From the NCBI GenBank assembly GCA_900617105.1, contig UYFQ01000006.1:1-64000 (forward strand): a stretch of 64,000 bases of DNA, given 5' to 3'. Every line of letters begins with the position of its first letter. Positions within the stretch are counted from its first letter, which is position 1. Source of the DNA: Hydrurus foetidus (lineage: Eukaryota). Below the pieces are notes generated by a model, which saw nothing but the letters and a program-made list of their open reading frames with translations, ran no database searches and was not told where the DNA came from. This document shows positions 1 to 9,087 of this stretch, in pieces. The translations under genes were made by a program, and so were the position numbers.

Positions 1-21
1 GATTGACTCACCGAAGGGGCC

Positions 22-186
22 CTCATTGCAGACATCAAGACTATGCACATAATTCGCAAGGGCCAGATGCACCGGCCCGCCGGATCAACCGTGTCCGCAG
101 CCAACCAGTTCTACAGCCTCGCTGTTTGATTCACCAAACCAGCGCCGCAACTTCTTTCGGACAAACAACCTTACTGCGACAAAACC
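22..186 (+). mobile_element. IS6-family transposase 3' remnant with degenerate right inverted repeat
   Basis: Translates LIADIKTMHIIRKGQMHRPAGSTVSAANQFYSLAV* (22-129), resembling IS6 transposase C-termini. TACTGCGACAAAACC at 172-186 matches 13/15 the IR at 56305-56319. Confidence 0.8.
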
Positions 187-229
187 CTCAAAAGTAAAGT
201 TGAAGTATTGCAGGTGTTCGCTCATTGTT

Positions 230-1489
230 TTACGACCTGATCAAGTCCAGGAGGGTTCTGCCAATGACCTTCGTCGCGCGGCGGAGGTCCTCCAGATCCA
301 GACGCTCGTCTGCACGCTTTGCATGAGACTCAAGAACCGTGCGCGGTCCTGCTCCATAGATAACACCGGGTATGCCGCGCTCAACATAGAGGCGAACATC
401 CGTATAAAGGGGTGTCCCCAAGTCAGGGATTGCTTCACCAAATACCGCTTCACCATGCTTTTGAATGGCAGCTACCAAGGGTTGATTGCCTGCCAGCGGT
501 TTCATGGCGCGTGACAACAACAAACGACGAACATCGACGCTGATATCACGACCACCTCGCGGAGGCTTGAAGCTCGCCGCAGCCTGTTCAATCGTTTGAC
601 GCAACGAAGCCTCAACCGCTGCTGGATCTTCCTCCGGGATCATGCGGCGATCTACCTTGAATGTCACCGATCCAGGGATGACGTTGGTATTGGTTCCACC
701 AACGATTTGTCCCACATTAAGATAAGGGTGGGTGATGCCCGTGACCTCGGAACTGACCTTAAGGTATTCCGCGTTGAGAGCGTAAAGCGCATTCAGAATA
801 TGCACTGCCGCTTGCAAGGCATCCGTGCCACTATCAGGAATGGCCGCATGAGCCATGTCACCATGCACGGTGACTTCCAACTGCAGGCAGCCGTTGTGGG
901 CCACGATTACTTGGTAGCTGAATCCGGCTGCGATCATCAAGTCGGGTTTAGTCAACCCCTTTTTGAGTAGCCAATCGGGACCGACGACCCCTCCGTACTC
1001 TTCATCGTAAGTGAAATGCAGTTCCACACTGCCAGAGAGTTTCAACCCTAGGGACTCGAGGGCTCGCACTGCGTATGTGAAGGTCGCCATGTCGCACTTG
1101 CTCACCGCCGTGGCGCGGCCGTACATTTTCCCGTCAACAATTTCGCCGCCATAAGGGTCATGGGTCCAGCCTTCGCCGGGTGGAACCACATCACCGTGTG
1201 CATTCAGGGCAATGGTCTTGCCTTCGCCATATTTTCTGCGCACGATCAGGTTGGTTATGGTTTCCAGACCTGCCGCGATGACCTCATCCTGAGGCACAAC
1301 GTATTTTTCCGCCTTAAACCCCATGGCATCTAGCAATTCTGCCGTTCGCTCAGCGTGAGGGGCGTTATTGCCTGGTGGGGTATCACTTGGCACACGCACC
1401 AACTCTTGTAAGAACTTTACCTCCTCATCAAAGTGATCATCCACCCACGAATCGATAGCGTTGTAATTTGCGATTAGGTTTGAGGTCAT
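230..1489 (-). CDS. M20-family metallo-hydrolase (ArgE/DapE-like) in purine catabolic operon
   Basis: LNAHGDVVP, GRATAVSKCD, YDEE and HAKRADE motifs. TAATG overlap with the upstream gene. Confidence 0.9.
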   Translation of the reverse strand: MTSNLIANYNAIDSWVDDHFDEEVKFLQELVRVPSDTPPGNNAPHAERTAELLDAMGFKAEKYVVPQDEVIAAGLETITNLIVRRKYGEGKTIALNAHGDVVPPGEGWTHDPYGGEIVDGKMYGRATAVSKCDMATFTYAVRALESLGLKLSGSVELHFTYDEEYGGVVGPDWLLKKGLTKPDLMIAAGFSYQVIVAHNGCLQLEVTVHGDMAHAAIPDSGTDALQAAVHILNALYALNAEYLKVSSEVTGITHPYLNVGQIVGGTNTNVIPGSVTFKVDRRMIPEEDPAAVEASLRQTIEQAAASFKPPRGGRDISVDVRRLLLSRAMKPLAGNQPLVAAIQKHGEAVFGEAIPDLGTPLYTDVRLYVERGIPGVIYGAGPRTVLESHAKRADERLDLEDLRRATKVIGRTLLDLIRS

Positions 1490-3261
1490 TAAAACTCCGT
1501 TGCAAGTTGATTAAGCAGGTTAAGGAATGCGCGAACGCACAAATCTGTGTCATTGTTGGTGATCGATTCGAGTGGGTTGTGGCTAATGCCTGCGTTCAAG
1601 CCACGCATGAAAATCATCGCCTGAGGCATGATTTCATGTATCTTCATTGCGTCGTGTCCAGCACCGCTGGGCATCTGGAAGACAGGCAGGCCCAGGGCCT
1701 GAACCGCCGCTTCCCAGCGCCTTTGCCAATCCGGGGCGCTGGGTGCGGCGGCTGCGCGCATGGTCTCATCGAGCTCGTAAGTCAGGCCCCGCCTTTCGCA
1801 GATTCGAGCCAACTCGCTCTGAATGTCGGTGGCGCACGCGTCGCGCAGGCCGTTGGTCGTGGCTCGAATGTCGAGACTGAAATTGCAGCGTCCAGGAATC
1901 ACATTGGTGGAGCCGTGGGGCACTTCGAGCATGCCGACAGTGGCAACGAGATCAGGAGCTGCTGCCCCACGTTTTTCGACATACAGCGTCAGCTCAGCTG
2001 CTGCCGCCGCCGCATCACGACGACGATCCATGGGGGTGGTTCCTGCGTGGCTGGCCACACCGCGTATTGATCCGGCGAATCGAACGCTTCCGTTGATGGA
2101 CGTCACCACGCCCAATGGCAGATCCAGTTCGTTGAGAACCGGGCCTTGTTCAATATGCACCTCGACAAATCCAAGGTACCTGCCCGGGTCGCGTTTAAGT
2201 CTGGAAATGTCATCAGGACACAGGCCTGCGTGCCGCATGGCGTCACGCATGGAGATGCCGTCAGCATCTTTCTGGTCAAACCAGGCATTGTTGAACGTGC
2301 CTGTCAGCGCGCTGGAGCCCAGGAAAACGGCCTTGTAGCGCTGCCCTTCCTCTTCAGAGAATCCAACGACCTCAAACCCGTAGGGAAGCCGGCGCCGCTG
2401 ACGATGCAGTTCACGTACACAAGCCATGGGAACAAAAATACCCAGTCGACCATCGTACTTGCCGCCGTTTCGCACCGTGTCGTAATGCGAGCCGGTCAAC
2501 AGTCGCTTGGCGCCGGGATCAGTACCGTGATAAACACCCACGACATTGCCCACCGCATCTATTTCCGCGGAGTCAAAGCCACAGTCAGCCACCATCCAGT
2601 GGGCCAGGCGTTGTGCGCATGCCCGGTGCGCATCAGTCAGGTAGGTCACGGTCAGCTCGCCCCGCTCTGAAAAGCCGGGGTCACTGAGGCTGGACAACTG
2701 TTCAGCCCAGTCCCACACATCGTTGCCAAGTGCAGGCACGTGATTGAACTTGTCATCAAGCCTGATTTCAGCGATCCGGTGGATATTACGCAGGCATTCT
2801 TTGAGTTCGAAATCGGAGTGATTGCTCAGTCGCCTTTCGAAGGTGGCGATGATCTCGGCTTTGCTGAGACCAGTACCACGCGGGCCGCGTACAGCGAGAA
2901 TGAATGGAAACAAAAACTTGCTGTTGTAATCGGAATTGAGACGCTGGATATGCGCAAATTCTTCGGGGGTGCAATCAGTCAGGCCAGCCTTGCCTTGCTC
3001 ATTGGTTGATTCTGCGGTCAGGGTCTTGGACACCATGGCTTTCCCAGCCAATTCCGGGTGGGCACGGATCAGACCGAGTTGTGCTTCGCGGCCAGCGTCG
3101 CGCACCACATCTACCAGTGCGAGTTTGAGTTGCGCCAGACTGTTGAAAGGCCTTTTCGTCCAGGCCTGTTGGGCGATCCAGGGTGAATGTTCGTATGTGC
3201 CATCCAGCAGATTGACAAATTGACTCGCCTCTGCGGCGTTGAGTTCGATCAAGGTGGTCAT
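1489..3261 (-). CDS. uraD: OHCU decarboxylase fused to allantoate amidohydrolase (Zn hydrolase, M20)
   Basis: N-terminal YEHSPW, HPELAG and EQGKAG motifs. C-terminal GSHYDTV, DGRLG, EEEG, HIEQG and SGAGHDAM motifs. ATG at 3261 overlaps the puuE stop (TAATG); alternative start 3273. Confidence 0.92.
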   Translation of the reverse strand: MTTLIELNAAEASQFVNLLDGTYEHSPWIAQQAWTKRPFNSLAQLKLALVDVVRDAGREAQLGLIRAHPELAGKAMVSKTLTAESTNEQGKAGLTDCTPEEFAHIQRLNSDYNSKFLFPFILAVRGPRGTGLSKAEIIATFERRLSNHSDFELKECLRNIHRIAEIRLDDKFNHVPALGNDVWDWAEQLSSLSDPGFSERGELTVTYLTDAHRACAQRLAHWMVADCGFDSAEIDAVGNVVGVYHGTDPGAKRLLTGSHYDTVRNGGKYDGRLGIFVPMACVRELHRQRRRLPYGFEVVGFSEEEGQRYKAVFLGSSALTGTFNNAWFDQKDADGISMRDAMRHAGLCPDDISRLKRDPGRYLGFVEVHIEQGPVLNELDLPLGVVTSINGSVRFAGSIRGVASHAGTTPMDRRRDAAAAAAELTLYVEKRGAAAPDLVATVGMLEVPHGSTNVIPGRCNFSLDIRATTNGLRDACATDIQSELARICERRGLTYELDETMRAAAAPSAPDWQRRWEAAVQALGLPVFQMPSGAGHDAMKIHEIMPQAMIFMRGLNAGISHNPLESITNNDTDLCVRAFLNLLNQLATEF

Positions 3262-4208
3262 TAGGGATTCCATGCAAATGCGTTGTCGGAGTGATAAGGG
3301 TGTTCAGCTTTCCAATGGCGTGCAATGTCGATGCGCCGCGTCACCCAAACCCTGTCGTGCTGTGCGATGTGGTCCAGGAAACGTTGGAGACCCCGCAAGC
3401 GACCAGGTCGACCTAGCAAGCGGCAATGCATGCCAATACTCATCATTGAGGGCTGGTCTTCGCCTTGTGCGTACTGCACGTCAAACGCGTCACGCAGGTA
3501 TTCAAAAAATTCGTCGCCGCGGGAAAATCCCTGAGGCAGCGCAAAGCGCATGTCGTTGCAATCAAGGGTGTACGGGACGACCAGGTGGGGAGCTGCGACA
3601 CCATCCGACTTCTGCACTGTCATCCAGAAGGGTAAATCGTCACCGTAGTAGTCGCTGTCGTACTCGAAGCCACCAAAGTCAGCAACCAGACGGCGGGTAT
3701 TGATACTGTCCCTTCCGGTGTACCAGCCCAGAGCCCGCTCACCGGTTAGGCGCTGAATGGCGGCAATGCCCTGCGCCATGTGTGCCCGCTCGGTCGCTTC
3801 GTCAATGGACTGGTAGTTTATCCATCGATGACCATGGCAGGCAATCTCGTGGCCTAGTTCAACGAATGCAGCGGTAACTTCTGGGTTTCGTTCCAGCGCC
3901 ATGCCAACCCCGAACACGGTCAAAGGCAGGCTGCGTTTTTCGAACTCACGCAGCAGGTTCCAAACGCCAACGCGCGAGCCATATTCGTAGATGCTCTCCA
4001 TGCTGAGGTGTCGTGCAGGGAAAGCTGGTGGGTTAAACATCTCAGACAGGAATTGCTCGCTGCCTAGGTCACCATGAAGGACTGCGTTCTCACCACCCTC
4101 CTCAAAATTGAGAACAAACTGGACCGCTAAACGGGCGCGTCCAGGCCAGTTGGCTTGTGGCGGGTTTCGGCCGTAGCCCTTAAGGTCGCGGGGATATTTA
4201 GATGTCAT
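3261..4208 (-). CDS. puuE: Allantoinase PuuE (polysaccharide deacetylase fold)
   Basis: YPRDLKGYG, NFEEGGE, ESIYEYGSRVG, GWYTGR, DDLPFW and NDMRF motifs; purine gene context. Confidence 0.93.
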   Translation of the reverse strand: MTSKYPRDLKGYGRNPPQANWPGRARLAVQFVLNFEEGGENAVLHGDLGSEQFLSEMFNPPAFPARHLSMESIYEYGSRVGVWNLLREFEKRSLPLTVFGVGMALERNPEVTAAFVELGHEIACHGHRWINYQSIDEATERAHMAQGIAAIQRLTGERALGWYTGRDSINTRRLVADFGGFEYDSDYYGDDLPFWMTVQKSDGVAAPHLVVPYTLDCNDMRFALPQGFSRGDEFFEYLRDAFDVQYAQGEDQPSMMSIGMHCRLLGRPGRLRGLQRFLDHIAQHDRVWVTRRIDIARHWKAEHPYHSDNAFAWNP

Positions 4209-4213
4209 GGCAT

Positions 4214-4975
4214 TTACACCCGCAGTAACTGTGAAAGGTCAGGGGCAAAGGGATCAAGTCTCAAGGTCGTTTCCAAGTGGTCAAGGTGTTCAATCGTCAG
4301 GCGAACGGCAGTCTTGACGTCCCGCGCTTCAAAAGCATTCACGATCGCCACATGTTCTTCTTGTGATTCGGTGGCCGACAGGGTGGACTGGTACATCAGG
4401 GCGATCAGCGATGAGCGAGTCAACAACTCAGAGAGCATCTTTGTCCGCACGGTGTTACCCATCATCATGGCCAGAACAACATGAAAGTCCGCCAGGAGTT
4501 GGGTCCGACCAGTCACATTGGGGTTGGATAAAGCCTCTTTTTCGGCGCGAAGGTGGGCGCGAAGTTCGGCAATCTGTGCATCGGTAATTATTGGGCAGAG
4601 CTTGCGGGTCATGTCAGCTTCGAGCACACGCCGAACTTCAAACACTTCACGGGCCTCTTCAACTGAAGGCATAGCGACAAAAGCGCCGCGGGACGGTTCC
4701 AGTACGACCAACTGATCGCGGCTGAGTTGATTGAGTGCCTGTCGAACCAACGTACGAGATACATCAAAGAGATCAGCAATAGTTTGCTCAGACAGCTTCG
4801 TACCCGGACGAAGTTTTCGCTCAGCAATGGCAGTTGTGATGGAGGTGACGATGCGTTGTGTGCTACTTACAGGGATCGGAGTTCGCACGCTTACCCCCTT
4901 GGTATTGGTACGGCGTGTGGGTCCGCCTGGTTTTGGTGTATCGACCGCCTTCAGTTTTGCGATGTTGGATGCCAT
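4214..4975 (-). CDS. GntR-family (FCD) transcriptional regulator
   Basis: LRPGTKLSE...VSRTLVRQAL HTH and an FCD C-terminal domain. Confidence 0.92.
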   Translation of the reverse strand: MASNIAKLKAVDTPKPGGPTRRTNTKGVSVRTPIPVSSTQRIVTSITTAIAERKLRPGTKLSEQTIADLFDVSRTLVRQALNQLSRDQLVVLEPSRGAFVAMPSVEEAREVFEVRRVLEADMTRKLCPIITDAQIAELRAHLRAEKEALSNPNVTGRTQLLADFHVVLAMMMGNTVRTKMLSELLTRSSLIALMYQSTLSATESQEEHVAIVNAFEARDVKTAVRLTIEHLDHLETTLRLDPFAPDLSQLLRV

Positions 4976-5013
4976 GGTGATTTCAGATAGATATACAATT
5001 AATTTGTGAACAT

Positions 5014-5025
5014 AATTGTATACAC
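5014..5025. promoter_or_regulatory. Candidate GntR operator AATTGTATACAC (TGTATACA core)
   Basis: Lies between the divergent GntR and uraH genes. An identical 12-mer occurs inverted at 5559-5570, and a partial site at 4990-5000. Confidence 0.65.
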
Positions 5026-5136
5026 TTTATGCAAGATATAAACAGAAAGACTTGTACCCGCGTGCGGCGGGCTGCACAAGCATCATCCTGGATGCACTCT
5101 TCCTAAATCCATGTCTTTTTCAAAGGAGAATTTTCA

Positions 5137-5493
5137 ATGGGAAATTTAAGTACACACGTTCTCGACACCATGAACGGTTGCCCTGCCGCCGGTATGGCTG
5201 TCAAGCTTCAGCGCAGAAATGGAACCGACCTCGAGACGATTGCGGATTTCGTACTAAATGCCGATGGTCGCAATGACGGAGGAGCGTTGCTGGATGCGAA
5301 ATCTATGGCGGTGGGGGGCTATCGACTGGTGTTTTCAGTGGCGCCATATTTCAAGGCGCGAGGAATTGATCTGCCAGACCCACCCTTCATCGATGACGTG
5401 TTGCTGGATTTCGGGATCTCCAACTCTGACGATCGCTATCACGTTCCTCTTCTCGTGAGTCCCTGGGCATACTCCACGTACCGCGGCTCCTAG
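5137..5493 (+). CDS. uraH: 5-hydroxyisourate hydrolase
   Basis: LSTHVLD, YHVPLL and C-terminal YRGS transthyretin-like signature. Confidence 0.96.
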   Translation: MGNLSTHVLDTMNGCPAAGMAVKLQRRNGTDLETIADFVLNADGRNDGGALLDAKSMAVGGYRLVFSVAPYFKARGIDLPDPPFIDDVLLDFGISNSDDRYHVPLLVSPWAYSTYRGS

Positions 5494-5558
5494 CAACGAA
5501 CTAAACTGACATTTCTATAGAATTTCAGGGTATTCCCCAGGCTATATTGTTCATCGGT

Positions 5559-5570
5559 GTGTATACAATT
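5559..5570. promoter_or_regulatory. Candidate GntR operator GTGTATACAATT upstream of puuD
   Basis: Exact reverse complement of 5014-5025. Confidence 0.65.
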
Positions 5571-5710
5571 TTCCTGTCGCCGCGGAGCACGATTGCACCG
5601 GTCCTAACAAACCACCAGCAGTCGGTCGCGACATTCACGCCTTACAGTGCCCGCTGTGGTGAGGTGCAAGGGCAGCAAGATTTGCTGCCCTTCACCTATG
5701 TGAGTTCTAA

Positions 5711-6916
5711 ATGGAAGCCTACTTGCTCGAAGTGGCCAACTTGCTTTTGCGTTGGGTCCACGTCATCACTGCCATTGCCTGGATTGGCTCGTCGTTCTAC
5801 TTTGTCTTTCTCGACAACAGCCTGACCAGGCCGGAGTCTCCGGACTTGGTTAAGAAGGGTGTCGACGGTGAACTGTGGGCCGTGCATGGTGGTGGTTTCT
5901 ACCACCCACAGAAATACCTGGTCGCGCCTAAACAGATGCCCGAACATCTGCACTGGTTCTACTGGGAGAGTTACTCCACATGGTTATCAGGGTTTGCCTT
6001 GTTCACGGTGTTGTATCTGTTCAACGCAGGCACCTTTTTGGTAGACAAGAGCGTCTATGACTGGGCTCCTAGCATTGCCATTGCTGCCGCTCTGACTTTC
6101 CTGTTGGTCTGCTGGTTCGTCTATGACTCGATATGCCGAGCGTTTGGCCGAAAGAAGAATGGTGACCTCATCGTTGGTCTCACCCTGTTTGTGTTCGTGG
6201 TCTTTGCATCCTGGTTGGCCTGCCATCTCTTCTCCGGCCGGGCCGCGTTTCTTTTGGTGGGTGCGATGCTTGCCACGTCCATGAGTGCCAACGTGTTTGT
6301 CTGGATCATTCCAGGTCAGCGAAAGGTCGTGGCCCAACTTAAGGCTGGTCAACCCATTGATCCCATCTATGGATGGCGTGCCAAGCAGCGCAGTGTGCAC
6401 AACACTTATTTCACACTGCCCGTCCTCATTGCCATGTTGTCCAATCACTATGGCTGGTTGTATCAGCGTCCGCACAACTGGTTGGTGCTGATTCTGATGA
6501 TGCTCGCCGGAGCTCTGATTCGTCACAGCTTTGTCGCCCGTCACAAGGCACTTGCCCAAGGAAAGCGGGTGCCATGGGAGTACGCCACCATCGGAACGCT
6601 GGTCATTGCAGGTATCACCGTATGGTTGGCCCCTTCCCCACTGTCGGCTGAACAGAAACGGGCTCAAGCAGCGCCAGTTACCTTTAGTCAGGTCGATGCT
6701 GTCATTCAGCAGCGATGCGTGATGTGCCACAACGCTGAGGTGCAGAACAAGGGCATTGCATTGCACACATCCGAACTTATTAAAGAGCATGCTCAGGCGG
6801 TCTATCAACAGGCGGCGGTTCTCAAGCTGATGCCCATGAACAATGCCACTCAGATCACTGAAGACGAGCGCGCCATGATCAAGCGTTGGTTCGAGTCTGG
6901 CATGCCATCGAACTGA
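5711..6916 (+). CDS. puuD: Urate hydroxylase PuuD (membrane domain plus C-terminal cytochrome c)
   Basis: RWVHVITAIAWIGSSFYF, HGGGFY, RSVHNTYFTLP and CVMCH heme motif. Confidence 0.93.
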   Translation: MEAYLLEVANLLLRWVHVITAIAWIGSSFYFVFLDNSLTRPESPDLVKKGVDGELWAVHGGGFYHPQKYLVAPKQMPEHLHWFYWESYSTWLSGFALFTVLYLFNAGTFLVDKSVYDWAPSIAIAAALTFLLVCWFVYDSICRAFGRKKNGDLIVGLTLFVFVVFASWLACHLFSGRAAFLLVGAMLATSMSANVFVWIIPGQRKVVAQLKAGQPIDPIYGWRAKQRSVHNTYFTLPVLIAMLSNHYGWLYQRPHNWLVLILMMLAGALIRHSFVARHKALAQGKRVPWEYATIGTLVIAGITVWLAPSPLSAEQKRAQAAPVTFSQVDAVIQQRCVMCHNAEVQNKGIALHTSELIKEHAQAVYQQAAVLKLMPMNNATQITEDERAMIKRWFESGMPSN

Positions 6917-6965
6917 CCCATCCAATCCCGAACCCATGTTCTTACAATTTTTATAGGAGACATCC

Positions 6966-8438
6966 ATGAGCACAACAACTGTCCACCCCGTGGACGAGGT
7001 ACTGCCAGTCGGAAAGCTGGGCGTGCTGGGCCTACAACACGTCCTGGTCATGTACGCAGGGGCGATTGCGGTTCCGCTGATCGTCGGTCGTGCGCTTAAT
7101 CTAAGCCCCGAACAAGTTGCCATGTTGATTTCGGCTGATCTTTTTGTCTGCGGCATCGTCTCACTCATTCAGTCGTTCGGCATGACCAAATTATTTGGCA
7201 TCAAATTGCCGGTGATGATGGGGGTGACCTTCGCCGCGGTAGGGCCGATGGTAGCCATGGCTAACGCGAACCCAGGTACTGACGGCGCGCGGATGATTTT
7301 CGGCGCCATCATCGGTGCAGGCGTCATCGCGATGTTGATGGCCCCAGTAATGGGGCGGCTGCTTCGCTTTTTTCCGCCTGTCGTCACAGGCACCATCATT
7401 GCCATCATCGGCATCAGCCTGATGCGCGTCGGGGTGAGCTGGGCCTTAGGTGGCCCGGCATTCCTAGCTCAGCGTACCGATGTACCCAAATTGGTAGCGA
7501 TGGTCGATGCAGCAAAAGAGACGGCTATTGCCAAGGGATCTGCGATCAGTCTGGGTAAGATCCCCCTGATTGACAACCCGAGCTACGGTGCGCTGGATAA
7601 CTTGGCCATTGCCGGATTTGTGCTGCTGGTTGTGCTGCTCCTGGTCAAATACGGGCGTGGCTTCTTCGCCAACATTGCGGTGTTGCTCGGCATCGTTGCC
7701 GGCTGTGCTGTGTCTGCTGCTGCCGGCAAGATGGGATTTGAAAAAGTTGCCAAAGCACATTGGTTTGATGTGGTCACCCCGTTTTCATTTGGCATGCCAA
7801 TCTTTGAACCGGTCGCCATTTTGACCATGACATTGGTGATGATTGTGGTGATGATCGAGTCAACGGGCATGTTCCTTGCCCTGTCGGATATCACCGGTAA
7901 GAAAATCAGCCAGAGCGAATTGACAGCAGGTTTGCGAACCGATGGCCTCGGCACACTCATTGGAGGCATCTTCAATACCTTTCCCTACACCAGCTTCTCC
8001 CAAAATGTGGGCTTGGTTGGCGTCACTGGTGTTCGCAGCCGCTTCGTCTGCGTGGCCGGCGGCATCATCATGATTATTTTGGGTTTGTTACCTAAATTGG
8101 CTGCGTTGGTCGAATCGGTACCTCAGTTTGTGCTCGGTGGTGCAGGTCTGGTGATGTTCGGTATGGTCGCTGCTACCGGTATCCGAATCCTCACGGCAGT
8201 CGACTTTAAGAAAAACAAGTTCAATCTGTACATTGTTGCCATTGCCATCGGCGCAGGACTGATTCCACTGGTTGCGCCTCAATGGACCCAACAGATGCCG
8301 CACAGCCTGCACCCCCTGCTGGAATCCGGAATTCTTCTGACTTCTCTCACCGCCGTGGTGCTGAACTTCTTCTTCAACGGCAGCACGGGCGATCAGGCTG
8401 GAACTATTGAAGCGGCCAAGGCTGCTGAAGCGCACTAA
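6966..8438 (+). CDS. NCS2/NAT-family purine (xanthine/urate) permease
   Basis: GLQHVLVMYAG and NAT motif FSQNVGLVGVTG. Confidence 0.93.
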   Translation: MSTTTVHPVDEVLPVGKLGVLGLQHVLVMYAGAIAVPLIVGRALNLSPEQVAMLISADLFVCGIVSLIQSFGMTKLFGIKLPVMMGVTFAAVGPMVAMANANPGTDGARMIFGAIIGAGVIAMLMAPVMGRLLRFFPPVVTGTIIAIIGISLMRVGVSWALGGPAFLAQRTDVPKLVAMVDAAKETAIAKGSAISLGKIPLIDNPSYGALDNLAIAGFVLLVVLLLVKYGRGFFANIAVLLGIVAGCAVSAAAGKMGFEKVAKAHWFDVVTPFSFGMPIFEPVAILTMTLVMIVVMIESTGMFLALSDITGKKISQSELTAGLRTDGLGTLIGGIFNTFPYTSFSQNVGLVGVTGVRSRFVCVAGGIIMIILGLLPKLAALVESVPQFVLGGAGLVMFGMVAATGIRILTAVDFKKNKFNLYIVAIAIGAGLIPLVAPQWTQQMPHSLHPLLESGILLTSLTAVVLNFFFNGSTGDQAGTIEAAKAAEAH

Positions 8439-8563
8439 GGCTCACTTAGACCTTCCAGAAAGGGTGGGGCAGACCCGTTGAAAAAATTTGTTTAACAGAC
8501 GTCCCGTTGCTTCCTTGTTTGAGAACATGAGCGACCGGGACGTTGCCATTTGGGTGTGCCGCT

Positions 8564-8980
8564 ATGACCAACTCCAAACACACTGGCACCGAAGCTGAGG
8601 TTCGTCAGGACCCCGCCGCGGCCTATCGCCTCGCCTCCCTTGCGGGCTGGGACGATACGATCTACGCCCATCTGTCTGCCACGGTTCCGGGCGAGAAGGG
8701 ACACTACCTCATCAATGAGTTTGACCTGAGCTTCGACGAAGTCACCACCAACAACCTGGTCAAGGTGAACGTGAAGGGCGAGCTTGTCGATGGGTGAGGC
8801 GCAGAGTCAACCCTACCGGGTTCGCTATTCTTGGGGCGTTGCATGGCGCAAGGCCTGCAGCCGACTTCGGAATGGGCCATGCGACTTTATGGACGGCTGG
8901 ATCAGCATGCCTTTGACGGACTCGCTCTGGAAGTTGCCGAACAGGTGTGTCTGGCCACCAACCTGGGCGGGCTCAGCGAA
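8564..8980 (+). pseudogene. Class II aldolase/adducin-family pseudogene
   Basis: AAAYRL..GWDDTIYAHLSATVPG..LINEF..FDEVT stops at 8797. Homologous pieces (RVNPTGFAI; AMRLYGRLDQHAFDGLAL) continue in shifted frames with deletions. End approximate. Confidence 0.75.
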
Positions 8981-9087
8981 CCTACCAGCAATGGGTGGGC
9001 GATGGCACTTCTTGGGATGGCGATGATGAATGGCCCGCACTGCTCCGTCGTGCACAGAGACTTTCACCGGGATTCCGGGACTAAACC

